The notes: generated by a model from the letters alone, not told the origin. DNA of 64,000 nucleotides from an uncultured Candidatus Saccharibacteria bacterium (GCA_964424265.1 CAYRHX010000001.1:128498-192497), one strand, 5' to 3'. Positions 28,303 through 38,797 are shown, counted from the first letter of the stretch. A program made the numbers and translations.

Positions 28303-31136
28303 TGATACAACGACGAAACATCGGGGAGATCGAGCCCCGCTGGTGCGTCAGGCTTCTTGCCATACGCCGCGTCAAACTTACGACGCGTTTCCGCTTCCAC
28401 CTCTTCCCTGTCTTTACCGTACGTGCGATACGAAAGCTCCTTCATCGCGCCGAGATGGTCATAATTCATTTTCGGTAGTTCTTGGGTCTGAATAGTGAAA
28501 GGGCGCGCGGGTACGCCATTTACCAAGAGCGAGAGTACCGCATTACGGTTGGGCAAATTCTCGAGATCTTGCGCGGTGAACGTCGGGGTAAATTGTTTCT
28601 CCAAAAATTCGGCATCAGTGGTGCCGATGCGGAACGCTGCTTTGGTACCGACGTTGCCCACGACCGCGTCCCGAATGTCTTCTTCGAGCTGCGCGATAAA
28701 TTGGTGCGCGATGGTGAGTGAGAGTTTGTATTTTCGAGCTTCGGAAAGAATCGTTGCGATAGAAGGCGTGGCGAAATTTTGAAATTCGTCGATATAGAGA
28801 TAGAAGACGGGCAATAGATCGCCTCGTGTATCCACGCGAGAAAATGCGGCTTGTAAAAATTTGGACACGAGAATGAGGCCGAGAAGCGAAGTGTTGCGAT
28901 CGCCTAGACGACCCTTGGAAAGATTCGCGAGGAAAATCTTTTTTGAGTCCATAATCTGCCGGAAATCGAACGCGGATTTTTCCTGGCTTACAATCGGGCG
29001 CATGATGTCGTTTGTCAAAAAGACGTCGAATTTACTGGTGATGTACGGGGCGACGTTTTCAAGTGACGGATCTCCCTGCGCCTGCTCGGCAATTTTGCGC
29101 CAGAATTGAACGATGATTGGGTTGTTGCAGTGGCTAAGCTTCAGATTACGAAATGCCGTGTCGGCAAAGACGCGTGGAATCTCGACAAACGTGCTTCCCG
29201 TGTCGGGGTCTTCAACGACGAGCTGAACGGCATTGCGGTAGTATTGCTCAAACATCGGTCCAAACGCTTCGGGCACATCGGCGTACAGTTTGCGGAAAAT
29301 ACCGTATACTTCGTCGACGACAAACGTCTTCATCTCGGGCTTTGTGCGATCATACTCAAGCATGTTGAGGCCCATGGGGCGCGCAGTGTATGCGGGATCA
29401 AAATAGATGACATCCTTCATGCGCTCTGGCGGCACGCACGCAAGCACATCGTCGATGTCGTTGCCGTGCGGATCGATAAACGCGACACCCTCGCCATTTT
29501 TGATGTCTTGAATAATCATATTTTTGATGAGTCCAGTCTTTCCGGTACCTGTCTGTCCTATAACGTACGCGTGACGCAAACGATCGGAGGTGCCAAAACG
29601 CACCGGTGTCTCATCTGCGCCGTATTTATTTATTCCGATTATTATGCCCTCCGCGGGAGTTTCAACGGGTGCGGGAGCTTGCTTCGCAAAACTGCGCTTG
29701 AGCTCCCGCGATGAAGTGAGGCGCTCTGCGGTAAAGTGGAAAATCGAAGTAACTTCATTGAGTGAAAGTGGCATGGCGATTGCACTATCAAATGATCGAT
29801 ACGTGAAGTCGCGAAGGAAATCATCGAGCCCCCAGCTTCCGACTTTTTTAAAGACAAAATGATTTCCTTTCGGATCATCGTATTGACTAAATGGTGCCTC
29901 GAGGTTGCTGACCAGCTCCTCGGCGCGCTCCTTCGTGGGGGCGGAAGCAACAAGCCGGATGGAAACAGGCGCTATACGCGATTTTACCTTGCGAGTAATG
30001 CCTTCGGTCGTGACCTGATCGGACGTGCGACGAAATTGCTTATCTATTTCTTCTTTGTGTTTGCTGGGCGTAAATATCTGCTGAGCGAGAATCTTCACCG
30101 CCTCTCCAATCTCCGACTCTGGCACCTTAAGTGCTTTCTCAAAAATTTTCCCCTTTTCGAGTTCGCGAAGAATCTTCTTGTAGTGATGATTGTAGCGGTC
30201 ACCCTCGGTGGAAACGGTAATCTGGAGCGCCGCGCCTTCCCCATGCTTTGCGAGCTTCGCAAACGCAGCAAGTAGTACGTTCATCGGATCGCGCTCAAAC
30301 ATCTCGGGAGTCTTGAGAGGGAGCGAGGGATGATTTGAGAGCGTCGCATAGGATGCAGCGTGCACTCCGTCGTAATTAAAGATATTGTAATCCCCCCGCG
30401 ACTCCGATATACGCGCATTTGGAAATACCGATGACATGAGTCGTTCGGCAAGGATCTTTTTCGCACGCGGTACCGCCAAATATAAATACGCAGCTTCACT
30501 ACCTTCTTGCACCGCTATTTCGAGTGAGAATCCTTCTCCTTTCTCGATGAGCGTCACGAGGCCGGCATAGAGTTGTTCAGACGAGGAGAGCAGTTGCTCC
30601 AGTTTGTGTTGTTGGCTGTCTTGCTTGTCGCCTTCTCCGTGTGCCTGAGGCTGAATCTCAAAAAGGACCATGTGAAGGGCCCGTTTCACTTTTTCAGGGA
30701 CCCCCATCCCCTTGTCCGGTAGACCCTCGGAAATGTAACTCACGAGCGCTCGATGTATGTCGTCCTCGAGATGCGGATTTTTCAGACGCGCAGCCACTGA
30801 GAGCGCATTGCGTATACCTCGCTGCATTACAATATTGAGGATTCCATCCACTTGCTGGTCGTGTGTCTCGGGTTCAAGCTTGAGAACATTCCTCAAAATA
30901 TCGTGCTCCGCCATCACGACCGTCTCATGCAAAATAGTTGCCGCTGGCGTGTCGGCATATGAGGCAACCTCCCGCCGCGCGATGCGATCGCTCTCGAATC
31001 TGTTTTTGGGCGCTTCCATTTCGGCCTCCTTCTCGCGCACTCGCGCGCGCAAATAGGCCAACTCCTCTTCAGGAGATTTAAACTTCTCTAAAACCGCTCC
31101 ACCAGCGGGCCGCGGCTTCTCCATCAAGGGAGGCAT
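28299..31136 (-). CDS. large P-loop ATPase, HerA/FtsK-VirD4 superfamily (DUF87-like AAA domain) with ~480-aa unknown N-terminal region
   Basis: Walker A RHAYVIGQTGTGKTG followed by FIDPHGNDID; Walker B YLYIDEFQNF. No N-terminal TM. Confidence 0.6.
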   Translation of the reverse strand: MPPLMEKPRPAGGAVLEKFKSPEEELAYLRARVREKEAEMEAPKNRFESDRIARREVASYADTPAATILHETVVMAEHDILRNVLKLEPETHDQQVDGILNIVMQRGIRNALSVAARLKNPHLEDDIHRALVSYISEGLPDKGMGVPEKVKRALHMVLFEIQPQAHGEGDKQDSQQHKLEQLLSSSEQLYAGLVTLIEKGEGFSLEIAVQEGSEAAYLYLAVPRAKKILAERLMSSVFPNARISESRGDYNIFNYDGVHAASYATLSNHPSLPLKTPEMFERDPMNVLLAAFAKLAKHGEGAALQITVSTEGDRYNHHYKKILRELEKGKIFEKALKVPESEIGEAVKILAQQIFTPSKHKEEIDKQFRRTSDQVTTEGITRKVKSRIAPVSIRLVASAPTKERAEELVSNLEAPFSQYDDPKGNHFVFKKVGSWGLDDFLRDFTYRSFDSAIAMPLSLNEVTSIFHFTAERLTSSRELKRSFAKQAPAPVETPAEGIIIGINKYGADETPVRFGTSDRLRHAYVIGQTGTGKTGLIKNMIIQDIKNGEGVAFIDPHGNDIDDVLACVPPERMKDVIYFDPAYTARPMGLNMLEYDRTKPEMKTFVVDEVYGIFRKLYADVPEAFGPMFEQYYRNAVQLVVEDPDTGSTFVEIPRVFADTAFRNLKLSHCNNPIIVQFWRKIAEQAQGDPSLENVAPYITSKFDVFLTNDIMRPIVSQEKSAFDFRQIMDSKKIFLANLSKGRLGDRNTSLLGLILVSKFLQAAFSRVDTRGDLLPVFYLYIDEFQNFATPSIATILSEARKYKLSLTIAHQFIAQLEEDIRDAVVGNVGTKAAFRIGTTDAEFLEKQFTPTFTAQDLENLPNRNAVLSLLVNGVPARPFTIQTQELPKMNYDHLGAMKELSYRTYGKDREEVEAETRRKFDAAYGKKPDAPAGLDLPDVSSLYQ

Positions 31137-31151
31137 GCGAAAAGTATATCA

Positions 31152-32444
31152 TCACGCAGCAAGCGCTTTTGCCCCGATGTCGTGTCGGAATTGCATTCCC
31201 TCAAAGTGGATCTTTCCGACGGCCTCGTACGTCCGATCAAGCGCTTGCTTGAGAGTACCTCCACGCGCCGAAACACTAAGCACACGCCCACCCGTGGTGA
31301 TGAACTGCCCGTTTTCCATTTTTGTGCCTGCGTGGAAGACGACGACGTCGGGTACCATTTCCGCCTCCTCAATTCCCGTGATGGGAAATCCTGTTTGATA
31401 TGCATCCGGATATCCCCCTGAAGCAATTACTACGTTCGCCGCAAAACCCGAGTGCCACAGAATCGTCCTCGCCACAGAATCCAAAGTGCCGTCGATGCAC
31501 GCTTCAAAAAGATCGAGGATATCGCTTCGCAAAAGCCGCATATAGATCTGAGTCTCCGGGTCACCAAAACGCGCATTAAACTCCAGGACTTTCGGGCCCT
31601 CGAGCGTCATCATGATGCCTGGGAAGAGAAGTCCCTTAAACTGACTTCCTTGTTGTAACAGCGTGTCAAACGTCCGCTTCACAACATGATCTTCGACAGT
31701 CGACATCATCTCCGTCGTCATCCACGGAACGGGCGCGATCGTACCCATGCCTCCCGTATTTTTCCCCAAGTCTCCATCAAGCGCGGGCTTATGATCCTGC
31801 GACGAAGGAAATGTGTAGTGAGAAATGCCGTCAGAAAGCACGTGAATCGAAGCCTCGGGCCCTTCCAAGAACTCTTCGATAACGACCTCGTTTCCGGCAT
31901 CTTTGTGCACACGCTCAACCATGATTTCGGTAATTGCGCTTTCGGCTTCATGTATCGTCTTGCACACATAGACCCCCTTTCCAAGCGCAAGACCGCTCGC
32001 CTTAATCACCACGGGAGCCCCATGGATTCGTATGTGCGCAAGGGCAGAGTCTGCACTTGTAAAGACTTTGAATTTCGCAGTGGGGATATTTCCATCATTC
32101 ATCAGAACTTTTGAATGTGCCTTCGACCCTTCAATCTGCGCAGCATCTTTAGTTGGACCCCATATACGCAGGCCATGTGCCGAGAAAACATCGACGATTC
32201 CAGCAACAAACGCGTCATCGGGGCCCGGGATGGTGAGACTTACATTTTTTTCTTTGGCAAAACTCGCGAGTTTCTCAAATTCCATAACACCGATTGGTAC
32301 ATTTTCAGCTATGCCCCATGTGCCACCATTGCCGGGCGCCACGTAGATCTTTCCAGCACGTGAAGATTGCTTCAGCTTCCACACAAGCGCATGTTCTCGC
32401 GCCCCGCCGCCAATTACCAAAATGTCAGTTGCCATGTTCAGCAA
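31152..32444 (-). CDS. purD: phosphoribosylamine--glycine ligase
   Basis: ILVIGGGAREHALVWKL, ATP-grasp motifs. 430 aa. Confidence 0.9.
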   Translation of the reverse strand: MLNMATDILVIGGGAREHALVWKLKQSSRAGKIYVAPGNGGTWGIAENVPIGVMEFEKLASFAKEKNVSLTIPGPDDAFVAGIVDVFSAHGLRIWGPTKDAAQIEGSKAHSKVLMNDGNIPTAKFKVFTSADSALAHIRIHGAPVVIKASGLALGKGVYVCKTIHEAESAITEIMVERVHKDAGNEVVIEEFLEGPEASIHVLSDGISHYTFPSSQDHKPALDGDLGKNTGGMGTIAPVPWMTTEMMSTVEDHVVKRTFDTLLQQGSQFKGLLFPGIMMTLEGPKVLEFNARFGDPETQIYMRLLRSDILDLFEACIDGTLDSVARTILWHSGFAANVVIASGGYPDAYQTGFPITGIEEAEMVPDVVVFHAGTKMENGQFITTGGRVLSVSARGGTLKQALDRTYEAVGKIHFEGMQFRHDIGAKALAA

Positions 32445-32958
32445 TATACCGCATTACTTCCTGCGGCGTACGAGCAAAATACACCAACTCATCGAGCGTC
32501 TCCGGCAAGAATCCCTCCTCTTCCATCCGCTTGAGCTGCGTCTGTAACCCTTGATAGAAATTCTCTGTATTGAGAACAGCGATTGGCTTCTTATGTTGAC
32601 CATGCTTTTTTAACTCCAAGACCTGTGCCATTTCGTCGAGCGTACCGATGCCACCCACGAGCACAACAAGCGCATCCGCGCGTGCGAGCAAAGCCGCTTT
32701 TCGGGCTCCTAAATCCTTCGCGATGATCATTTCGTCAGCATTTTTTCTCGCCTTATGCTTGAGAAACTCCATCGAAACACCAATTATTGTGCCTCCTTCT
32801 CCCTGGACAGCGTCGGCCATGATTTTCATGAGGCCTTCATCCGATCCGCCCCACACAAATCCGTGGCGACCTCGTGCAATGAGCGTTGCGAGTTCTACGG
32901 CAGGTCCTGAATACGTGGGGGCGACATCGCTTGCCGAACAAAATACGCAGATATTCAT
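32425..32958 (-). CDS. LOG-family cytokinin riboside 5'-monophosphate phosphoribohydrolase-like protein
   Basis: ICVFCSAS..., VWGGSDEGLMK, VVLVGGIGTLDE motifs typical of LOG. Confidence 0.8.
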   Translation of the reverse strand: MNICVFCSASDVAPTYSGPAVELATLIARGRHGFVWGGSDEGLMKIMADAVQGEGGTIIGVSMEFLKHKARKNADEMIIAKDLGARKAALLARADALVVLVGGIGTLDEMAQVLELKKHGQHKKPIAVLNTENFYQGLQTQLKRMEEEGFLPETLDELVYFARTPQEVMRYIAEHGN

Positions 32959-32972
32959 CTGAGCATTCTACT

Positions 32973-33743
32973 CTATTCTTTGGTCAAAATCTCAGGACCG
33001 CCCTTGGCGATTAAAACGGTGTGCTCAGCATGTGCAGTGCGTGAACCATCCTTGGTGCGATATGAATGGCCATCATCGTCGACGAAGAGATCGCCGCTTC
33101 CGAGGGTCATCATTGGTTCAATCGCGATCACGAGCCCCTCCTGAAGTTTGACACCCTTCCCAGGCTCACCGAAGTTCGGCACATGTGGTTCTTCGTGCAC
33201 CTTGATGCCAACTCCATGACCCGAAAGATTCTTTGGGTATCCAAAATGATATTTTTCCGCTACCCTCTGAACGGCGTATCCGATATCACCCGTAGTATTC
33301 CCTACCCGAGCCGCCTTGATACCCGCTTCAAGCGCTTCGTAAGTTCCTTTCACAAGCTCTTCGTCATTGGGATCGCGTTTTCCACCGGCGATAACGGTGA
33401 CCGCATGATCGGTGTATAAACCCTTGTGTTTGATGCCGAAATCAAGACATACGATGTCTCCATCTTCTATGACGACGCCATTCTCACTAGCGGGAGAATG
33501 GACGATCACATCATTGACCGAGAGACACAATCCTGATGGATAGGGGCGATCGTTCTTTCTTTCGGTGTGTCCATAAAACGCCAGTACATCGCCGTCCGCC
33601 TTCACCATTTCGCGAGCCTTTTGTTCGAGCACATGACCCGTAACTCCCGGAACAACCATTGCGCTAAGTAAGCGAAGATGCCGAGCGAGCCGACGCCCGC
33701 CTTCTCGCAATATTTCGATCTCCTCTTTCGTTTTTGCAATCAT
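32973..33743 (-). CDS. map: type I methionine aminopeptidase
   Basis: MIAKTKEEIEILREGGRRLA..., metal-ligand Asp/His/Glu blocks. Start set at MIAKT; the ORF extends to 33875. Confidence 0.85.
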   Translation of the reverse strand: MIAKTKEEIEILREGGRRLARHLRLLSAMVVPGVTGHVLEQKAREMVKADGDVLAFYGHTERKNDRPYPSGLCLSVNDVIVHSPASENGVVIEDGDIVCLDFGIKHKGLYTDHAVTVIAGGKRDPNDEELVKGTYEALEAGIKAARVGNTTGDIGYAVQRVAEKYHFGYPKNLSGHGVGIKVHEEPHVPNFGEPGKGVKLQEGLVIAIEPMMTLGSGDLFVDDDGHSYRTKDGSRTAHAEHTVLIAKGGPEILTKE

Positions 33744-33745
33744 TG

Positions 33746-34330
33746 TTATATCCCGAGTTCGGTCAAGATACTTTTGTGGACCGCATCCATGTCCGGAGAT
33801 CCGTCTACCCGATGGACCATGCGCCCGCGCTCCGCAAGAAATGCCAACTGCGGCTCCACTTCGGCCTTGTGCCACGAGAGTCGCTTTTTGATCGCATCCT
33901 CCACATCGTCACTCCTCCCACGGATGAGAAGTCGCTTGACGCTCTCTTCCTCAGACAACTCAAGGGAAACGATGTGATAGTCTGCTCTCTTGTAAAATAC
34001 CATCGCGTCGTCCCACCCCCGTGTCTGATCCGGACCGCGCGCGAGTCCGTCTGCGATTATGTGCTCCTCGCCTGTAAACTCTCGTACCAATGCGTCAGTC
34101 GTCAGGTAGATCGGCATAAAATCCGGCATGCGCGCACCAATGCCTACTATTTTATCGGTGAGTTTACCTGTATAACTGCCCTTGGCTATCATGTTGCGCA
34201 AGAGCTGACCCATATCGATATGGATGATGTCTCGATCGGATTGCTTTTTGAGGACGTCGATCAATAGTTTGACTTGAGTGCCCTTCCCAGCGCCTTGCGG
34301 ACCGAAAAAAAGAACGGTGAGCGGTTCCAT
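33746..34330 (-). CDS. adk: adenylate kinase
   Basis: FFGPQGAGKGTQ P-loop, LID region. 194 aa. Follows secY as in spc operons. Confidence 0.9.
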   Translation of the reverse strand: MEPLTVLFFGPQGAGKGTQVKLLIDVLKKQSDRDIIHIDMGQLLRNMIAKGSYTGKLTDKIVGIGARMPDFMPIYLTTDALVREFTGEEHIIADGLARGPDQTRGWDDAMVFYKRADYHIVSLELSEEESVKRLLIRGRSDDVEDAIKKRLSWHKAEVEPQLAFLAERGRMVHRVDGSPDMDAVHKSILTELGI

Positions 34331-34345
34331 ATCCGAGATTATAGA

Positions 34346-34906
34346 TTATTGTTCGCGCCAGCGCGAATAGCGATCGAGCAAGATACGAATGACATTCTCG
34401 AGATCATTCTCTTTCGTATCGATAATCAGATCGAAGTTCTTTGGATCGGTCGGATCGACGCCGTAAAGCGCCATGTACCTCTTTTGTTCGCTCGCAAATC
34501 TGCGCTCGATACTTGCACGTACCTCCTCTAGAGAGTCGGCATCCTCGCTCACGCGGCGCTTCTCACGTACATCGTTGAAAATACGTTGTGCAGCGTGGTC
34601 GATACCGAGCGAAAGAAACACCTTGAAAGAATCCGGCATCCAATGCCATGCCATTCGAGAATCGATCACAAGCTTCGATTCACTTTTTCCCATTTCTTGC
34701 AGCAATCTATCCACTTCGTAATCAATATCCCTTTGCGCCTCTGCCGAGAGGTTGGTCGCCTCGACCGATTCGCCGCGTTCGGCTGCCATCTTGCGAAAGA
34801 GATCGCCGGAAGAAAAGTGTCGGTACCCTAAAATCTTTGCGACTTCTTTCGCAGTTGAAGACTTTCCTGAACCGAGCGAGCCCGCTATCGTTATGAGCTC
34901 CCGTTT
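34346..34906 (-). CDS. cmk: cytidylate kinase-like (CMP kinase) protein
   Basis: ITIAGSLGSGKSSTAKEVAKILGYRHFSSGDLFR. Start chosen at MKRELITIAG to avoid overlap with secY. Confidence 0.65.
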   Translation of the reverse strand, partial: KRELITIAGSLGSGKSSTAKEVAKILGYRHFSSGDLFRKMAAERGESVEATNLSAEAQRDIDYEVDRLLQEMGKSESKLVIDSRMAWHWMPDSFKVFLSLGIDHAAQRIFNDVREKRRVSEDADSLEEVRASIERRFASEQKRYMALYGVDPTDPKNFDLIIDTKENDLENVIRILLDRYSRWREQ

Positions 34907-34913
34907 CATTTGG

Positions 34914-36188
34914 TTAATATTCGCGAATTGAGGTCTGCGCGTCAATCTTTTTCACGACATCAAGCACGACTGAAACGACGATGAGAAGCGCTGTTCCCCC
35001 GATCGTAATTGCGGTAATACCCGTAATACCTTGGAGTATGATCGGCAAAACCGCAAGCACGCCGAGGAAGAGAGCTCCGACGAGGGTGATGCGCGTGATG
35101 ATATTGCCAAGGTATTCGGATGTCGTGACGCCAGGACGCACGCCAGGAATAAACGCCCCATTCTTTTGCAGATTCTTGGCGATCTGATTTGGCTCAAAGG
35201 TAATGGCTGTATAGAAGTAGGTAAAGACGACGACGAGGAAGAAGTAGAGTCCTCCGTAGACCCACTGATTCGCGAGCATGCCAACCACGGCGTTTCCCGC
35301 CGATGCGATCACGGCAACTGAACTTTTGGAGAGAAACGTCGCTATCATCTGCGGGAAAAGCAAAATGGACAGGGCAAAGATAATAGGAATGACACCAGCT
35401 TGGTTGACACGAAGTGGCAAGTAGGTGGAAATACCGCCCAAGACTTTTGTCCCTCGCACGCGACGCGCGTATGTTACAGGTATTGGTCGCTCAGCCTCGG
35501 TGATATACACAACTCCCGCGATAACCGCCGTCGCTGCTGCGGCAAAGCCTATGTATACAGGTATCTGCGCGACGTCAAATGAGAGTATGAGCTGGGCCGC
35601 AGTCGACGGCAGTGTCGATACGATGCCCGCGAAGATAATGAGTGAGATACCGTTGCCGATGCCGAATTCGGAGATGAGTTCTCCAATCCACATGATGAGT
35701 ATGGCGCCCGCAGCAATTACAATGACGTTCGTAGCAAAGCCGAGAATAGAAAGTTGCGAGACGATGCCATTTTGCTGAAGGAGAAGGAGGAAGCCGAATG
35801 CTTGGATGAAAGCGAGCGGAACGGAAAGGTATCGCGAATACTGCATAAATCGCATGCGGCCTGCATCTCCCTCCTCCTGGTACATCTCCTTCAATTTTGG
35901 AACCAAGATCGTCATAAGCTGCATGACAATAGACGCGGTAATGAACGGAGAGACGCCGATCATCATGATTGAGAGGTTGGAAAATCCTCCTCCTGAGAAG
36001 ACGTTGAGAAGTCCTAAAAATTGGTTGTTGATTAAGAATGATTCAAGCTGGGCGACATCGATGCCTGGAATTGGAATTGCAGCAAGGAAACGAAACACGA
36101 CGAGCGCGCCGAGTACAAAGAGGATCCGCGTCCTCAACACCTCATCTTGAAAGATGAGTTTTACTTTGCGAAGAAATTGTTCTCCCAT
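34914..36188 (-). CDS. secY: preprotein translocase subunit SecY
   Basis: 424 aa, 10 TM. Conserved plug and TM2/TM7 regions. Confidence 0.9.
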   Translation of the reverse strand: MGEQFLRKVKLIFQDEVLRTRILFVLGALVVFRFLAAIPIPGIDVAQLESFLINNQFLGLLNVFSGGGFSNLSIMMIGVSPFITASIVMQLMTILVPKLKEMYQEEGDAGRMRFMQYSRYLSVPLAFIQAFGFLLLLQQNGIVSQLSILGFATNVIVIAAGAILIMWIGELISEFGIGNGISLIIFAGIVSTLPSTAAQLILSFDVAQIPVYIGFAAAATAVIAGVVYITEAERPIPVTYARRVRGTKVLGGISTYLPLRVNQAGVIPIIFALSILLFPQMIATFLSKSSVAVIASAGNAVVGMLANQWVYGGLYFFLVVVFTYFYTAITFEPNQIAKNLQKNGAFIPGVRPGVTTSEYLGNIITRITLVGALFLGVLAVLPIILQGITGITAITIGGTALLIVVSVVLDVVKKIDAQTSIREY

Positions 36189-36192
36189 AGCC

Positions 36193-36636
36193 CTATGCGA
36201 TTATACCGCCCGCTTTTTCAATAGCACTTCGTGCGGAAGCAGACACTGCAATCCCCTTAAACGAGATCTTTTTGCTCATAACGCCGCCTCCCACGACCTT
36301 GACGGGCACTACCTTGCGCGCTCTCACGACCCCCTTGTCTGCGAGCGCACGGAGCGTGACCTCGCTTCCCGAATCAAACAACGCCTCGACTCGCGCGATA
36401 GTGAGCACGAGCGCATCGAGCTTAGTGCCATCCACGGTACGACCGCGATTCTTCCCATACCCACGCCGCTTCGGCAACTTCTTGATGATGTCGCGCATTT
36501 CGGGGCGCTTCTTGCGACCAGCACGCGCATCCTGACCCTTGGTACCACGGCCTGCCGTTTTGCCACGCTTCCCTCCCCGACCAACACGAGGTTTTGAGCG
36601 TGCCGTTACTCGCCTAAGTAAATTAAGTGTTGCCAT
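36193..36636 (-). CDS. rplO: 50S ribosomal protein L15
   Basis: MATLNLLRRVTARSKPRVGRGGKRGKTAGRGTKGQ.. typical L15. Confidence 0.9.
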   Translation of the reverse strand: MATLNLLRRVTARSKPRVGRGGKRGKTAGRGTKGQDARAGRKKRPEMRDIIKKLPKRRGYGKNRGRTVDGTKLDALVLTIARVEALFDSGSEVTLRALADKGVVRARKVVPVKVVGGGVMSKKISFKGIAVSASARSAIEKAGGIIA

Positions 36637-36637
36637 A

Positions 36638-37255
36638 TTATTTTATACGAGAGAGACTCTTTAGAGCTTCGATAGCTGCGCGCGCGTTGTTGACAGGATT
36701 CTTGCTGCGAGAAAGCAACTTCGCAGTAACATCTGATACTCCCGCGAGCTCGAGTACGGTTCTCACTGAAGAACCCGCTACCAATCCGCGGCCTGGGCTC
36801 GGACGGATCTCAACGCGAGACGCGCAGTACTTTGCTTCAACGTTTCGAGAGAGGCTTCGATTCTTCGTGAGGTTGAGAGTGATCATCGCACGCTTCGCTG
36901 CACGAGTCGCCTTCTCAATCGCCTGCGCTGTATCAGCTGCCTTGCCGAGGCCAACACCCACACGACCCTTCTTGTCCCCGAGCACAAGTGCTGCGCTAAA
37001 GTTAAAACGTCGTCCGCCGGCCATAACTCGCGCGACACGCCGAATACCAATCAGCTTCTGTGCGAATTCGCTGCGACGCTCGTCGCCGCCACGTCGAGGG
37101 CCGCCGCGACCACGCTGACCACCACCTCGGCGATCGCGATTGCCACGCGTACCTGCGAAGGGTGACTTCGCACGATCATCAACAGGTACTGACGCAACCT
37201 CTACGACCTCCGCAACTGCCTCTGCCACCAATCCTCCTGTTTGATCATTAGACAT
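36638..37255 (-). CDS. rpsE: 30S ribosomal protein S5 (no L30 gene between S5 and L15)
   Basis: Gly/Arg-rich N-terminal extension, then IGIRRVARVMAGGRRFNFSAALVLGDKKGRVGVGLGKA. Confidence 0.9.
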   Translation of the reverse strand: MSNDQTGGLVAEAVAEVVEVASVPVDDRAKSPFAGTRGNRDRRGGGQRGRGGPRRGGDERRSEFAQKLIGIRRVARVMAGGRRFNFSAALVLGDKKGRVGVGLGKAADTAQAIEKATRAAKRAMITLNLTKNRSLSRNVEAKYCASRVEIRPSPGRGLVAGSSVRTVLELAGVSDVTAKLLSRSKNPVNNARAAIEALKSLSRIK

Positions 37256-37264
37256 ACGGTTTCA

Positions 37265-37609
37265 TTAAAATTCTAATCCGGCAGCGCGCGCGGCGTCGGC
37301 GAAGGCTTTTATTGTCCCCACGTATTGGAATCCTCCACGATCGAAGACAACAGCTTTCACCCCCTTCTCTCCCGCCTTCTTAGCGAGCGCTCCGGCAGCA
37401 GCCTCCGCCCGTTCGCGCGGTGTCTTTCCTTTCTCTGAAAGCGAAGAAACCGAAGCGATCGTAATCCCCTTTGCGTCGTCGATAATCTGAGCCCGGAGAC
37501 GCGTGTTCGATTTGTGGATGGAAAGCCGCGGACGCAAAGAGCTGCCAATTACTTTGGCACGCACCCTGTTGTGTCTTCGGTCCCTTTTCTGTGATTTTGA
37601 AAGTTCCAT
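37265..37609 (-). CDS. rplR: 50S ribosomal protein L18
   Basis: ...GITIASVSSLSEKGKTPRERAEAAAGALAKKAGEKGVKAVVFDRGGFQYVG. Confidence 0.9.
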   Translation of the reverse strand: MELSKSQKRDRRHNRVRAKVIGSSLRPRLSIHKSNTRLRAQIIDDAKGITIASVSSLSEKGKTPRERAEAAAGALAKKAGEKGVKAVVFDRGGFQYVGTIKAFADAARAAGLEF

Positions 37610-37623
37610 ATACTATTTTTATC

Positions 37624-38169
37624 TTATGCAGCCGCAGTAGCAGCTTTCTTGCCCTGCTTCTGGCGAACCACTTCTCCTTCATACCGAATACCCTTCCCTT
37701 TGTATGGTTCTGGCTTCTTAGTGGCACGAATCGATGCCGCGAATTCACCTACTTGCTCTTTATCGGGTCCAGAAACGGTAATGATATTTTTATCGACGGT
37801 TGTGGTGATGCCTTGCGGAACGGTGAGCAGGACAGGGTGCGAGAAGCCAACAGAGAGCTTGACCTGCTTTCCCGCGAGCTCCGCTTTGTATCCGATCCCT
37901 TCTACCTGCAGCTTCTTTACAAACGGAGTATTTACTCCTGCGATCATGTTTCGTACGTGCGCGGCGTATGTGCCCCACAACGCTCGTCCGAGACGAGACA
38001 TCTCTTTAGGCACGACGGAGACCTCACCATTTGCAACCGTGATCGTTACCGCAGGATGGATCGGGCGCTTGAGAGTAGCAGCTTTACCTTTCACAATGAT
38101 TTCATGCGAAACGACGGACACATCGGTGCCTGTCGGTACTGGAATTGCTCGTTTGCCTATACGTGACAT
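37624..38169 (-). CDS. rplF: 50S ribosomal protein L6
   Basis: MSRIGKRAIPVPTGTDVSV... two L6 repeats. Start set at MSRIGK. Confidence 0.9.
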   Translation of the reverse strand: MSRIGKRAIPVPTGTDVSVVSHEIIVKGKAATLKRPIHPAVTITVANGEVSVVPKEMSRLGRALWGTYAAHVRNMIAGVNTPFVKKLQVEGIGYKAELAGKQVKLSVGFSHPVLLTVPQGITTTVDKNIITVSGPDKEQVGEFAASIRATKKPEPYKGKGIRYEGEVVRQKQGKKAATAAA

Positions 38170-38186
38170 ATAAATTTTTCGTGATA

Positions 38187-38582
38187 CTACCAAATCTCGA
38201 AGAGGGCTTCGCCGCCGACTTTTTCTTTTCGCGCTTCTTTATCGGTCAGAACACCCTTTGGAGTTGAGAGTACAAGCGCTCCATATCCATAGCGCACGGG
38301 GATAATTTCTCGAAAACTCTTGTACAGACGACGGCCGGGCTTTGAGATCCGCCTCACCCCAGAGATTGCATGCTGACCGGTCGCATCGTATTTGAGGGTG
38401 ATGTCGAGTGTTTTGCGTACCTTCTTTCCCTTCTTTTCTACTGCTGCAACGAAGCCCGCGTCTTTCAATTTCTCCGCAACTGCAAGTTTGAACGAGGAGT
38501 ACGGCACGGATACAGACGCCCTGCGAATGGCCCCAGCGTTTGTGAGACGAACGATAAGATCTCCAATTACGTCGCTAATCAT
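38187..38582 (-). CDS. rpsH: 30S ribosomal protein S8
   Basis: MISDVIGDLIVRLTNAG... Confidence 0.9.
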   Translation of the reverse strand: MISDVIGDLIVRLTNAGAIRRASVSVPYSSFKLAVAEKLKDAGFVAAVEKKGKKVRKTLDITLKYDATGQHAISGVRRISKPGRRLYKSFREIIPVRYGYGALVLSTPKGVLTDKEARKEKVGGEALFEIW

Positions 38583-38611
38583 AGTGTTTATTTATAGTGA
38601 GCAGTGTCGAA

Positions 38612-38797
38612 CTACCAAGAAGATTTCTTAATACCCGGAATATTTCCCTCCAACGCTTCCTCACGGAAACAGATACGGCAAAGGTTGAAATCGCGCATAA
38701 AACCACGCGGACGACCACACTTGAAACAGCGGCGGACCGTACGACTCGAAAATTTCGGCGTACGATTTGCCTTTATGATCATTGATTTCTTTGCCAT
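38612..38797 (-). CDS. rpsN: 30S ribosomal protein S14 type Z (zinc-binding)
   Basis: [46 protein letters not shown], 61 aa, CxxC...CxxC. Confidence 0.8.
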   Translation of the reverse strand: MAKKSMIIKANRTPKFSSRTVRRCFKCGRPRGFMRDFNLCRICFREEALEGNIPGIKKSSW

